In this document: positions 14,831-41,709 of the stretch, one piece after another
Position numbering within the stretch: the first letter of the stretch is position 1
Layout of the letters: each line of letters opens with the position of its first letter
Source of the DNA: the human T2T-CHM13v2.0 reference genome, Homo sapiens
Strand: one strand, 5' to 3'
Length of the DNA: 64,000 nt
Assembly: GCF_009914755.1 (NCBI RefSeq)
Contig: NC_060937.1
Program-made: the position numbers and the translations under genes
Notes under the pieces: model-generated
What the model saw: only the letters and a program-made list of their open reading frames with translations
Told to the model about the DNA's origin: nothing
Databases searched by the model: none

Positions 14831-14892
14831 AGTAATTATTAAAACAATGAAATTTTGTTTTTTCTTCAGAAGCAAAAAAAAAAAGGATCCCC

Positions 14893-15670
14893 AAAATGTA
14901 TAAATATGAAAAAATATTAATTACTGAAAAAAACCTTGTCAACAAACAAGGTCGTGAGTTAAGGACAGCTAATGGAAGAATTAGTAAATGGAAAAAGACA
15001 TCTGCAGAAAATATCCAGAAAGCAGCAATAAGAAATAAAATGATAAAAAAATGAAGATTAAGAGACAGAAGGGAGAATGAGAAGATCAACAGACATATAA
15101 CTGGAGCCTCAGGAGAAGGGAAGTGCAGGGAGAGACGGAGAGAGAGACAGAGACACAGAGTGAGAGAGAGAGAGAGGAGAAAATAAGACAGAGTCAATGT
15201 TTGAAGAGATTTATCACTGATAAATTTCCAAAACTGATGAAATACACCATCCCACAGATTAAAAAAAAATGTAGCAAATCCAAAATAGGATAAAGACACA
15301 AAAAATCCTCACCTAGACACATTATAATGAAACTTCAAAACATTAAAGTCAAAGGGAAGGCCTTAAAATCAGCCAGAAAATGACAGGCTATCTTCACAGG
15401 AACAACAATTAGACTTCTAGCTGACTTCTTATCAGAAACAACTGAGGAAGAAGACAGTGGAATAATTTCAGTGTAATGAGAGAAAAGAACTGTCAACCTA
15501 CTATTCTATATCTATTGACAATATTGTTCATGGAGGAGAGCAAAATAAATATATTTATTTTCAAAGAAACAAAAACAGAGATTTGACCTGGAGAACCTCA
15601 TTTAATGCAATTGTAAAGAGTGAAATCCAGGCAGAAGGAAAGTAATATCAGATAAAGAGTCCAGATTAAA
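14893..15670 (+). mobile_element. Ancient L1 (L1M) ORF1 fragment, right of the chimeric retrocopy
   Basis: gaagaattagtaaatggaa...cctcacctagacacattataatgaaact...ctgacttcttatcagaaacaa are typical L1M ORF1 stretches. Confidence 0.7.
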
Positions 15671-15839
15671 AGTTCACTTGACAGGGAATTTTAGTGAGAA
15701 CTCAAGCACTTACTAGTTAGTTGGACGGCATCATATTTAAAGTCTCTTCAACAATAAAGAGACTTTTTTCTACATAATTTTAATCTTAGAAAATCAGACG
15801 CTAGATCCATTATATCATTACTTGGAGTTTCCATCTCAC

Positions 15840-15887
15840 CTGAGTTGCTGTCTTACTAGGAAACATTTGATATTTCTTCAGTCACAC
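15840..15887 (-). other. N4BP2L2: Candidate 48-nt alternative (poison) exon of N4BP2L2
   Basis: Minus strand reads tttccattttcAG|GTGTGACTGAAG...CAACTCAG|GTgaga, with strong acceptor and donor. Spliced after the 53114 donor it reads R-C-D-stop. Confidence 0.55.
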
Positions 15888-16070
15888 CTGAAAATGGAAA
15901 TAACATTTAGATTGTGCTTCACAACTTTTAAAGTGCTTTCATAAACATCATCTTGTTCAAATCCACAACTGTGCTACTACTATTTTCATTTTATAGACTG
16001 AAGAACTCATAGAGTGTGATTTCTCCAAGACTGTATAGTTAATAGAACTCAGAAAGGTTTTCTGAACCTA

Positions 16071-20035
<3,965 letters not shown>

Positions 20036-20539
20036 TGTAATTCTTTTTAAAAAATAGCTAGAAAATACAATCTTGCCTTCATCTTAAGTATATGAAATAC
20101 TGTTAGAATATGTTGAATTATTTCTACTTAGATAACCTCATAACTAAATTATTGCCACAAAATGAATAGCCTTTAGCCATAAAATTAAAAGCATAAGAAC
20201 ACATTTATAAAGAATACTTAGAATGCAGAAAATTTTCAACTTACAAAATAGTTGTTTTCTACAGAGCTGTGCAAACTGACATCTTGGTACACTGCTACAA
20301 AATAATTTTATTATAGTCACAGGCTAACCTCAAAAAATTTCACTAGAAATATGTCATTTGTTTTCTTTCCTTCCTTTATTCTCACCTTCCTTGTTATTTT
20401 GTTTGTTACTGAAAATGGTATAACATGATTATTATTCTTGTCAAATAAGATTAAAGTCATTTACTTTTTACCCACACAAAAAGGAAATCAGAAGAGTTCC
20501 TGAAGTAAATGAAGAACAGTTGGAAAAGGAGGTAAACTA

Positions 20540-23278
<2,739 letters not shown>

Positions 23279-23439
23279 AAGAGGTGTACTATCATCATCC
23301 CCATTTAACAGATAAAGAAATAGAGGCCTAGTTTGCATAATTAATAAACACATGGAACTAGGCTTAAACCCAAGTTTCTCTGATTGCAAATTTTATGTTC
23401 TGTACCATTATACTATACAGCTACGTTAGGTTGGATTCA

Positions 23440-23820
23440 GAAAATGTGGTATATATACAACACGGAATACTAGGCAGCCATAAAAAGAATGAGATTATGT
23501 CCTTTGAAGTAACATGGATGGAGCTGGAGGCCATAATCCTAAACAAATTAGTGCAGGAAGAGAAAACCAAATACTGCATGTTCTCACTTATAAATGGGAG
23601 CTAAACACTGGGCACACATAGATATAAATATGGAAACAAGAGACACTGTGGACTACTAGAGGGTAGAGGGATGAGGATGCATAGTGAATACAATGCTTAC
23701 GACCTAGGTGATGGAATCCATACTCCTAACCTCAGCATCACACAATATTCCCATGTACTCAATCTGCACATGTACTCCCTGTAACTAAAATACAAGTTGA
23801 AATGAAAATAAAATAAAATT
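23440..23820 (+). mobile_element. L1 3' end (older L1PA/L1PB type)
   Basis: aaaatgtggtatatatac...gcagccataaaaagaatgag...ttctcacttataaatgggagctaaac followed by an A-rich tail. Confidence 0.75.
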
Positions 23821-24218
23821 ATACATTTAAATTATAAATTATCATCCCACAATTTTAATAAAGGTATGTATATGTGTTTGTATATTTATATATTTAAACA
23901 TATGTGCATATACATGTTTAGAAAGACAGGAATATGCACAATGTTAATGGTGGTAAATTTTAGGGGTTGGTTTCTTTGTGATTATCTGTGTGGTGAATGT
24001 GCTACTTTTGTAATAGAAAAAATAAATAAATGCACTCCAAATATTTTCTTCAGTAAAGAAATTAGGCAAAAAAAGAAAATATACAAATCAATGTGTTTAA
24101 AGTTTTCTCAATATTTAAGCTCCACTTTAGAATAATAAATCCACCTATATATTGAGTATAAACTTTGATTAACAAACATAAACTCATGGTGGCACACACC
24201 TGCAATCTCAGCTACTCA

Positions 24219-24398
<180 letters not shown>

Positions 24399-25507
24399 TT
24401 AACAATAATTATTAACTCCCAGATTCTAAAAAAGTTTATTTGGTGACTTTCTTATTTGATGACTTCACTACATTCTCATCAGCTACGAATTAGAATAATT
24501 CCAATTTGAACTATAGTGTGATGTGTTGAATTTTTCCGTTTCTGTCATGTACGCTGTTTTTACTTTGACATAATAGTGCTTTAAAGTTAACTATTGCCAG
24601 TAATAACAATAACAACTGCTAAGTCCTAAGTTACCATCTACCTTATCCTTAAATAAACTAACTTCATTATATTTATCCTTAGCCAAATTGTTAAAAAATG
24701 TATGGAGATCAAGCAGCATATATTTTAAGAATACAGATTATAAAAACATCATTTTCCTGAAACTTAAATTCCTCAAAGGAACTAGTTAATTTTCAAATCT
24801 TCTAACACCTTCTCATTACTTCAGTGTGATTGCTTCAAATATGGAAAAGAGTTTTTATTTCCCCTTGACAAGATCACACTGCTGTACGCATATAAACTAC
24901 GATTAAGAAGGTAAATCGGTTCAATATTCTAACATTAACTCCAATTCTATCAAAAGGTTCATCCTGTAATATTACAAATCTAGTTTAATCACCAAGATTT
25001 GGTCAATTCCCCTCCTGAAAAAAAAAAAAAAAAACTTGCAGTTCATTTCCAATGCTAAGAAATAACACAATACATTGGCAACATTGCTTCACAGATACCT
25101 ACTGCTCACTAAGAAAAATGTACAGCTAAATATAATTTTATGTTATCATATAATAAACACTAAAAAAGATCAGGCTTAGATTTTATGCTGTGCAATAATT
25201 CTCTTAATAATTGTTTAAGCCAAAATTAGGACAACTAAGGTGCTCAAATGTCACCTTCTCAGGTAAAGCCCATATTGACCCCTACCTTGTTTAACACTGC
25301 AACCAGTTCCCCTCCATCCCCCTCCCCTACACACATAATCTTACCCTGGGCAAAGCACTCTTTCTCCTCCTCCTCCTACTTTTTCTCCTTAATACTTATC
25401 ACCTTCTAACATCCATATAATTTACTCGTCATCTTCGGCTTGTGAAGTTTTGTCTGCCTACTATTACATAGGACAGTGCCTGTGACATAGTAGGTGCCGT
25501 TGAATGA

Positions 25508-26176
<669 letters not shown>

Positions 26177-26778
26177 ACTTACACAAATGGGTGGAAATAC
26201 AATGTTTAGTTTTGTAATTAGAGTAAATCCTCATTTTTCACCCAGATTAAAGCAAAAAAAAAAAAAAAATACTTTCTTCAGGAGCCTTGAGACCTACTAA
26301 TGCCTCCAAGGTTTAAGACAGACTTATACAGTGGCTCTCAACCTGAAAAGAAAAAACCGAAATAGAACCCAGAGAAAATCCATAGTTCTGAGATTCTGAA
26401 GGGAAAAGGGGCAGGGTGGTAATTTTTTGCTATTTGGAGGAGGTCTCAAATGACTCTTCCTGCATGGTTATTGCAATGTTTTTCATCATGCTTACCATGC
26501 ATATTTTACATATATTATAAAACTATTACATGCTCATGATGAATTACAAAGGTTCACAGAGCTCAGCATTACCATTATTACTTTGACTTATCCTGCTCCT
26601 GTTATACTAAGTAGATGAAATACAAAAAGGGAAAATAATTTATGTGGATGTAGAAAAATTCTAGTAATTTGAAATTATAAATAATGCCTTTTGATGGGCT
26701 GGTCACACCAAAAGAACTCTAGGCTACAAAGTAGTTATGTCAATAATCAACAGTTTTTATAATAATAAAAACTGAAAA

Positions 26779-27165
<387 letters not shown>

Positions 27166-27476
27166 TGAGCCACCGCACCCGGCCGAAAAAAGTATATTTA
27201 TTCACCAGAAGCTCTTCCTAATTGAACTGGTGAGTTATTATGGAATTTGCATACATAGAAAAAAGATTTCCTTTGTAAGAAAAGTCTTTTCATATATTCC
27301 CCACAAAGGCCTAACTCTGACAACTTGAAAAGCAACAAATGACTTTCTGAAAACTATCAGAAAAGAAAAATGTTATATTACGTAACTTGTTTAATTTTGC
27401 TTCTTGTCCTAAGCCTGAAATGAGATAGATGACATCTGTGCATAATTTCATATGTGCATCACTCTTATGAACTTAG

Positions 27477-27764
<288 letters not shown>

Positions 27765-29832
27765 TAATATATTTAAGATGAAAATTCATTTGTATGTTAT
27801 GCTTGAAAAGGATATTAATACCCTTTCATATGGCAAACTTACTTTTTAAGTAAATTCCATTAGTAACAGGCGCACTATTAAGACAGCCCGATTTACTACT
27901 TTTTGAGTTCTCAACATGTTGGACACAGGTAAAACAGTCACAGTTGTTGTTTTAAAACTAATTTAGCAACCACATTTCTAAACCTTTTCAAACATGAGCG
28001 TAAGAAATAAGTATCATGCTCTCAAAAAATAAAAAATTTCCAAAAGTGCATGGTATCAAAAGTACAAATTAAAAATTTTGTATATTTAAAATTGAGGATT
28101 AACTTTAAAGCTCATCATTTATACAGAGACATAGAAAACAACAAAATGTGTGAATGTTTTGTAGCTTTTCTGTTTTTTTTTTTTTTTTTTTTTGAGACAG
28201 AGTCTCACTCACTCTGTCGCCCAGGATGCAGAGCTGTGGTACGATCTCAGCTCACTGTAGCCTCTGCCTCCTGGGTTGAAGTGATTCTCCTGCCTCACCC
28301 TCCCGAGTAGCTGGGATTACAGGTGCCTGCCACCACACCCAGCTAATTTTTTTGTATTTTTAGTAGAGACGGCGTTTCACCATGTTGGCCAGGCTGCTCT
28401 CGAACTCCTGACCTCAGGTGATCCACCCGCCTCAGCCTCCCAAAGTGCTGGGATTACAGGTTTGAGCCACCGTGCCCAGTCTCTTTCTTTTTTCCTTTTT
28501 TAAGAGATAGCTCACACCCATTTTCTGGCTGTCCTTCAGTTCTGACTTCTTTGATTCAGTTCTCATGCCTCTATCTATTTGTGTATCATTATGTTGCACA
28601 TGTCCAAGAATTAAGTGTTGACTCTCAGCGGTATAAAAATAAAAACAACAACAACAACAAAACCTATTTACAGTACATTCATGGTTTAAACTGGTACACA
28701 AACAGTTTTTCTTAGGCTTAATCATTTGCCAACATCACCATACCCATTCAACAAAAATTATGTAACTTCTCGTTTCTTTATGCCTATCTGAAGAACTCAG
28801 ACTGCTGGGTACTGTGAGTTGGATGAGTCCCCCCGCCCCTCAAGACCAAAATTACAGCAAAGTCTCTGTCAAGGTTTCATATTAAAATGTTGAAAGTGGA
28901 TACAAAATCAAGAGACTAAAACAGTGTATTTTCAATCATGTTTCACACTATTTTTAATGTATAAGAAGGAAATAAACCTTCATATAACTGCCTGAGGCAT
29001 ATAACTGCCTGAAATTTTCTGGGTAGCCAGTGTGGCAACTGACAAGGATTCAGACTTATTGATGAACTATTAAAAACTGCAAGCTAATGTTACTCACTAT
29101 AATACTTAGATTTTTGGGACAGCAAAGAAATGACTAAAAGACAGGTGTCCTGGATGCTAGTCCTAGTCCTTCTATTGACTGACTGTAAGCGGTAAGTTAT
29201 TTTATCTCTTTGGATTTCGCTTTCCTCATCTATAAAATGTGAGATTTGGCCAGGAGTGGTGGCTCACGCCTTTAATCCCAGCACTTTGGGAGGCTGAGGT
29301 GGGCGGATCACTTGAGACCAGGAGTTTGAGAACAGCCTGCTAACATGGTGAAACACCATGTCTACTAAAAATAAAAAAAAATAAAAAAAATTATCTGGGA
29401 GTGGTGGTGTACGCCTGTAATCCCAGCTACTCAGGTGGCTGAGGCATGAGAATCTCTTGAACCTGGGAGGCGGAGGTTGCAGTGAGCCAAGATTGCGTCA
29501 CTCCACTCTAACCTGGGCAACAGAGTGAGACTCGGTCTAAAAAATTAAAAAATAAAAATAAAATGTGAGATTTGAAGGAGATATCCTGTAAATCCCTTTT
29601 AGCCCTAATACACCATTTTTTTAGCATGTTAATACCATCAAATAGAAACCAATAAGTTGTTTACTATTTTTGACAGAATCCAGAATATCCATAAATAGCA
29701 CCTCATTCACAGGAGAAAACAAAAAAGTACTATCTTTAGGCTGGGCGCGGTGGCTCAAGCCTGTAATCCTAGCACTTTGGGAGGCCGAGGCGTGCAGATC
29801 ACGAGGTCAGGAGATCGAGACCATCCTGGCTA

Positions 29833-30088
<256 letters not shown>

Positions 30089-30990
30089 CTAGCTGTGTTC
30101 TCCAAGACCTATGTTCTATCAATAATCTGGCTGGCCAAAACCTCAACAAAGTCCCTTTGCTCCCACCTCCTCTGCACAAGTCTTCAGACTTCTCCCTAAA
30201 ACTGGCAGACATAGAAACACATCTGTTGTTAATTCAACATGTACAAGTGAGAGGTCACACTCTATTCCCTGTACCCAGGAAAGATAGAGGGTGTAAATTC
30301 TAGCTTCTAATTAGCTCCAGCGAATACAATCTCTCTGGGACTCTACCTATCCCAGAAAAAAATCAGAATAAACTGCACAGCTTTCTTATGCACAAACTGC
30401 TATGGATACTCAAGAATCCATGAGTCTCAGACTTCAAAGGGCTAACATTCAGCCAGTATACTCTTACGGCCTCAAAGTTTGTTAAAATACTGAAATTCTT
30501 CTTACCATTTGGCAAATAGTGTCCTGAGCCACTGCCTAATCCTGTAGCCCAGCATATTCTCAAGGATCCTTAGTAACCCATCAACAGGTTAAGGACTGGC
30601 ACCCTAAAGGGCCCATAGGTTCCTTCTCTAGCACAGTAACCAGCCTCTATTCTGTTTAGTACCCACGCAGTCAATCCCTACCCCCAGCCCCCAAAGTTGT
30701 ACCTTCTGGACAATGCCTTTGGATTCTTCTAGATACTCCCAAGGACTAGGCTGTGCATTTCTTACCTTTCCCACCCAGACGTGGGGCAACTCAAATGGGT
30801 CTGGAAAGTAACAGATATAGCACTAGCCAGTCCAGATTACTGAATCCAGTTCCTGTTCTTTCATGTCTCCTCTGCCAGAGCTGGCCTGGTACCCAGCAGG
30901 AGACACCAGTGGCAGTGGCACCTCATCAGGCAAATGCCCGCTGCCTCTTTTTTTTTTTAAATGGAGTCTCGCTCTGCTTCCCAGGCTTGA

Positions 30991-31146
<156 letters not shown>

Positions 31147-31587
31147 TAGGGCTGGTCTTAACTCCTGACTTCAAGTGATCCGCCTGCCTCAGCCTCCCAA
31201 AGTGCTGGGATTACAGGCATGAACCACCCCACCCCGCCGGTGCCTTTTGACTCCGAGGCTGTGACTACTCACCACTGATTCCCCAGAGTTGCCTTCATGT
31301 GGTTGGTTACCTGTGGGAACTGCAGCCTGCCCAGAATTTTGAATGAGGCAGCCAGGAAGGGCAATGTGCTAGCTGGCAGACTGGGCCACCACACCAACTA
31401 TTACATAATTTAAATATTACTTCTGAAAAAAGGCATATGCAACCAAGCTACCTATTTTTTATTTTTTTTTTTTTTACCCCTTCTGACATATCTGATGACT
31501 TAGCCCTGCTGAAAACAAATCAAAGATACTTGTTGACTGTGCCAAGAATTGGGTCAGCTGGCTGATATGCCATCAAATTTTAACTGC

Positions 31588-32087
31588 TTTTTTTCCTATT
31601 TTTGTTTAATGTATTTAAGACCACCACCTTACAATTTCCAGAGAGAAAATACAAAACAAGAAACAGACTTGGTTTCAAATACATAACAAGTGTGCTGGAG
31701 TTTAAAGCATTACTAATAACATTGTTATAATAAGAATGACAGCTTACTCCAGGGTACTTCAGCATTCCTGAGGAATAAACATGATTTCTCTTTTCCTCCC
31801 ACTGCGATGTTGTCAGGTGGTCACTGCTCCTGTCCTTTGACATGTTTTCCATGTAGAAGACATGGAACCTGGAAATCATGCTGACTGCTGGAATAAGCCA
31901 TTCCTAATGCCATGCCAGAACCAAAGGCTAATGGCCACATTCTTTTTTTAAAGAAGGTAAGTGAGAAAACAATCCCTAATCCAAAACCGGTACTTATCTA
32001 CCACATCCAGCAGGCACTGGTCCCACTTCCTGCTGAGCCCCACCTCTGACATGTTCCCCACCCACAGCTCCAGCTTTCCTCTCACTC
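31588..32087 (-). pseudogene. MICOS10P1: MICOS10 (MINOS1) processed pseudogene; CDS remnant 32052-31821 with a 5-bp frameshifting deletion
   Basis: MSEVGLSRKWDQCLLDVV / [58 protein letters not shown] matches MIC10. 232 nt versus 237 expected, no introns. ATTAAA at 31610-31605, short A tail. TSD taactgc(t/a)ttt at 31581-31591 and 32088-32098, the latter followed by aa as in an L1-endonuclease site. Confidence 0.92.
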
Positions 32088-33227
32088 TAACTGCATTTAA
32101 GAGACATCTTGTAATGATTCTACATGCAAGAGTTCAAAATAAGAACTCCTGAATCTTTCAGCTACTCTAACAATATGGGTTCTGACCTGATAGCATCTTA
32201 TCACTATTCTTGCCCAAGACTTGACAGGCCAGCCCATATTACAGTACGTAGGGTTAGGTGGAAGTGGTGTGAGATGTTCATAAAAATTAAAGTGAACTCC
32301 TGCTTCTCAAAGAAAACAAGGTCTCTTTTGGTCAAGAAAAAGAGGGGTTTCATTAAATGACACTCTTGGTAACCTGCCATCCCTTTCAAATGGATGTATT
32401 CACTTTCAGAGTGAGGTTCAGATTTTCCACAATACAGAGAGGGAAAACATGAGTTGAGGAGAACCTCATTTTCCCCTAATAAATGCTAGTGCTTTTTAAT
32501 GGGGGAAAACAAACAAAAACCCCAAAGAACTCTGGCTCTTAAAGGACCAGGGTACTCTCATGTACTAACTGCATAGAAGGGATAAACCAGTCTACTCATC
32601 TTTCTTTACATCAGAGAGGCCTCCTTGCTCCCAAGATTTTAGTTTTTAAAAACTTTATTCTAACTGATAACCTGGACAGCTGAAATGATCCAGCTGATTC
32701 TCTGTCACATGATCTGGAAATCCAGGCAACAACAGAGTTCACATCACCCTGAGACATGCTCCATTCCAAATCCTTTGTAACCCTCTGGCCATCACTGAAA
32801 CTAAGACAAATAAACTGGATCAACCAAGAGATGGCCAAACATAAGCTACACCTGACCAAAGTCACAGCCACCCTGCAGTGCCTCCCAAAGAGCAGAGTGC
32901 TGGAGGAAAAATGGAGGAGACTACACTATCAGAACAGCAGATATGCCTCTCAGTAGAATGAGCCCCATACAAATATTATGGCTTTGCCACACCACTGCCC
33001 TGACAGGCTGCCTTAGGCTGCATAAGTTATTCAACAAACATGACAAAATGTTCGGTGGCCTCCCAGTTGATACAATGTCCACAGATGTTTCCTTCTCTCA
33101 CTACTCTAGTATGCTGCACACCAAACAGTGCTACTCAAATGTCATTCATACTGATGCCAGTCCATGAAGTTTGCTACTGATCCACAAGTACAGAAATTGA
33201 GAATAAGTAAAAAAAAAAATTTTATAG

Positions 33228-39283
<6,056 letters not shown>

Positions 39284-39493
39284 GAGTCTTGTCTAAGAAT
39301 TCTGAACCTGGGGTCCCCTGATGTATGTAAAACTCCAAAAATTTTTCGAAACAACATATAACAGATGAATTAGGACCTAAAACTTAAAAGAACCACTGAT
39401 TAAGGCAAATGCCCTAACTTTACACACAAAGGAACTGCAGAAAAGAAGGAAATGTCTCCAAAGTGCTTCTCAACTAACCAGTGTTAAGAGCTG

Positions 39494-41689
39494 CGTATTT
39501 ATTTGCTAGGGTTCCCACAACAAAGTACCAAAGACTAGGTGGCTTAAACAATAGAAATTTATTTTCCCACACTTCTGAAGGCTAGATGTCCAAGATTAAG
39601 ATGTCCACAGGGTTTATCTCTTCTCAGGCCTCCCTCCTCAGTTTGTAGATGGCCTTCTTTCTCCAGTGTCATCACATGATCTTCCCTTTGTGTTTGTCCT
39701 AACCTCTTACAAAGACACCATTCATATTGGATTAGGGCTCATATGTATAACGTCATTTTATCTTAATTACCTTTTTAAAGGCCCCATCTCCAAATATGGT
39801 CACATTCTAGGTACTAGGAGTTAGGACTTTAACTTATATACATTTGGAGAGCATACAATTCAACCCCTAAAATTCTGCCATCTGGCCCCTCAAAATTCAT
39901 GTCCTTCTCAGACACAAAACACATCCACTCCATCCCAACAGCCCCAAAGTCTTGACCCACTTCAGTATCAACTCTAAGCCCCAAATCTCATCTAAATATC
40001 ATTTAGATCAGGTACAGGCATACTCAAGGTTTCACCCTGAGGCAAAATTCTTCTCCAGCATGAACCTGTGAAACTAGACAAGTTATTTGCTTCCAAAATA
40101 CACCACTGGTGAGACAGGCATAGGATAAACATTCCTATTCCAAAAAAATCAGAAAGAAGGGGTGATGGATCCTAAGCAGGTCTGAAACGTATAAAGGCAA
40201 ATCCCATTAGATTTTAAGGCTCAAGAATAATCTTCTTCAGCTTCATTCTCCATCTTCCCACCTAACAGGGGTGGCAGCCCTGTCTTCTGAGCCCACCAGT
40301 GTGGTAGCCCACCTCCCTCAGCCCTAAGAAGTAGCCTACCTTGACTCCTCAGGCCTGAGCCCTCTGGTCCTGTGGTAGCAATAGTAGCCCCTTTGCCTTC
40401 TCAATCATCTTCAGGGTCATTCTTCCCTCTTCTTGAAGAACACATGTTCACAGCCAGATAGCTCTACTGACCCATTTTATAGAATCTCAAGAAATCCAAC
40501 AGACTTCCTTCATTTTTATCCCTCTGTTCCCTTCGGTACCAGCCAGCAGCATTTCCATAGGTATAACCCCATCTCTATCCTGGCTTCTGCTAGTTGCTGC
40601 CAAGATGGCTGATTGGATCCACAAGTCACATATCCCTAATTGCTTTAGGAAATGGTTGTCTTGCAACAACTTTGATGTTCCCTCCAGAACATGCTAAATT
40701 TTTGCAATATGGATAGACTGAGAATTTTCCGAATCTTCAGGCTCTGGTTGCTTTTGGCTTAATAATTCCTTCTTAAATTTCTCTCTCTCCTCTTGCATCT
40801 TACTTTAAGCAGCAAGAAGAAACCAGGCCATATCTTTAATGCATTGCTTAGAAATCTCAGCTAAACATTCAAGTTCATCACTTTGTAAGTTCATCCACTT
40901 TCCACAAAACACAATTTGGCTATTTGCCACATTATAATAAGCATTGCCTTTCCCTCAGTTTCCAACAATATATTCCTCATTTGTTTGAGTTCCTACCAGA
41001 AACACCTTTAACATTCATATTTCTACCAATATTTATTCAAGGTGACATATGTATACCTCTAAGATGACAGAAGCTTTCTCAACAGCTCTCCTATTTTCTA
41101 AGCTTCACCAGAATCACCTTCAACATCCATATGTCTACCAACAATCTCTTCAAGGCAGTCTATGCTTTTTCTAACAAATACTTCTTCTGGCCTCTACCCA
41201 TTATCTAGTTCTAAAGCCAATTCCACATTTTTAGGTATTAATTACACCAGCACCCCACTTTCCCAATACCAAAATCCATATAAGTTTACTAGGGCTTCCA
41301 TAGCAAAGTATCACAGATTGGGTAGTTTAAAGAACAGAAATTTATTTTCTCACACTTCTAGAAGTCCAAGATCAAGGTGTCAGCAGTGTTGGTTTCTTCT
41401 AAAGCCTGTAGATCTCTTTGGCTTGTAGATGGCCATCTTCCTCCAGTGTCTTCACATGGTCTTACCTTTCTGTGTGTCTGTGTCCTAATCTCTTCTTAAT
41501 GGAAACCACTCATATGGAATTGGAGTCCACCCATATGACTTCATTTTATCTTCATTACCTTTTTAAAGGCCCCATCTCCAAATACAGTTACATTCTAGGT
41601 TCTACAGTTAGAATTTTAATCTTCAGTGTATCAGTTGGGTGTCTGTGTGTGGGAGTGGGGGGTGGGGATGGATAATTCATCCCATAACA
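39494..41689 (-). mobile_element. Two-LTR MaLR element (MLT1B-like LTRs ~39494-39870 and ~41277-41689, ~1.4 kb internal region)
   Basis: Two similar LTRs (gctaggg..ccacaacaaagtacc...aaaggccccatctccaaata) flank MLT1-int-like sequence ending accccactttcccaataccaaaatc. Confidence 0.8.
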
Positions 41690-41709
41690 AACCCAAACTA
41701 CTCATATTC

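Larger units (their letters stand above)
12416..14884 (+). pseudogene. ATP8A2P2: Processed ATP8A2-like P4-ATPase pseudogene (probably the locus annotated ATP8A2P2), with stops, frameshifts and deletions; interrupted by two Alus; ends in intron-like sequence and poly(A)
   Basis: Intronless P4-ATPase motifs: [26 protein letters not shown] (12859-12873), LLRG..LRNT, PISLL (13280-13294), [13 protein letters not shown] (13441; catalytic D to N), CHTVIPE, YQASSP, FSSNRKRMS, CKGAD, EGLR. ATTAAA at 14838-14843, A11 at 14874-14884. Degenerate TSD aaaaagtacccc / aaaaaggatcccc. Confidence 0.88.

Noticed and set aside
14736-15299. 187-aa hydrophobic minus-strand ORF
   Set aside because: Antisense of A-rich L1 ORF1 plus Alu; the F/L bias is compositional.
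31454-31475. T-tract as the poly(A) tail of the MICOS10 retrocopy
   Set aside because: The TSD and ATTAAA place the 3' end at ~31588, so this tract lies outside the insertion.
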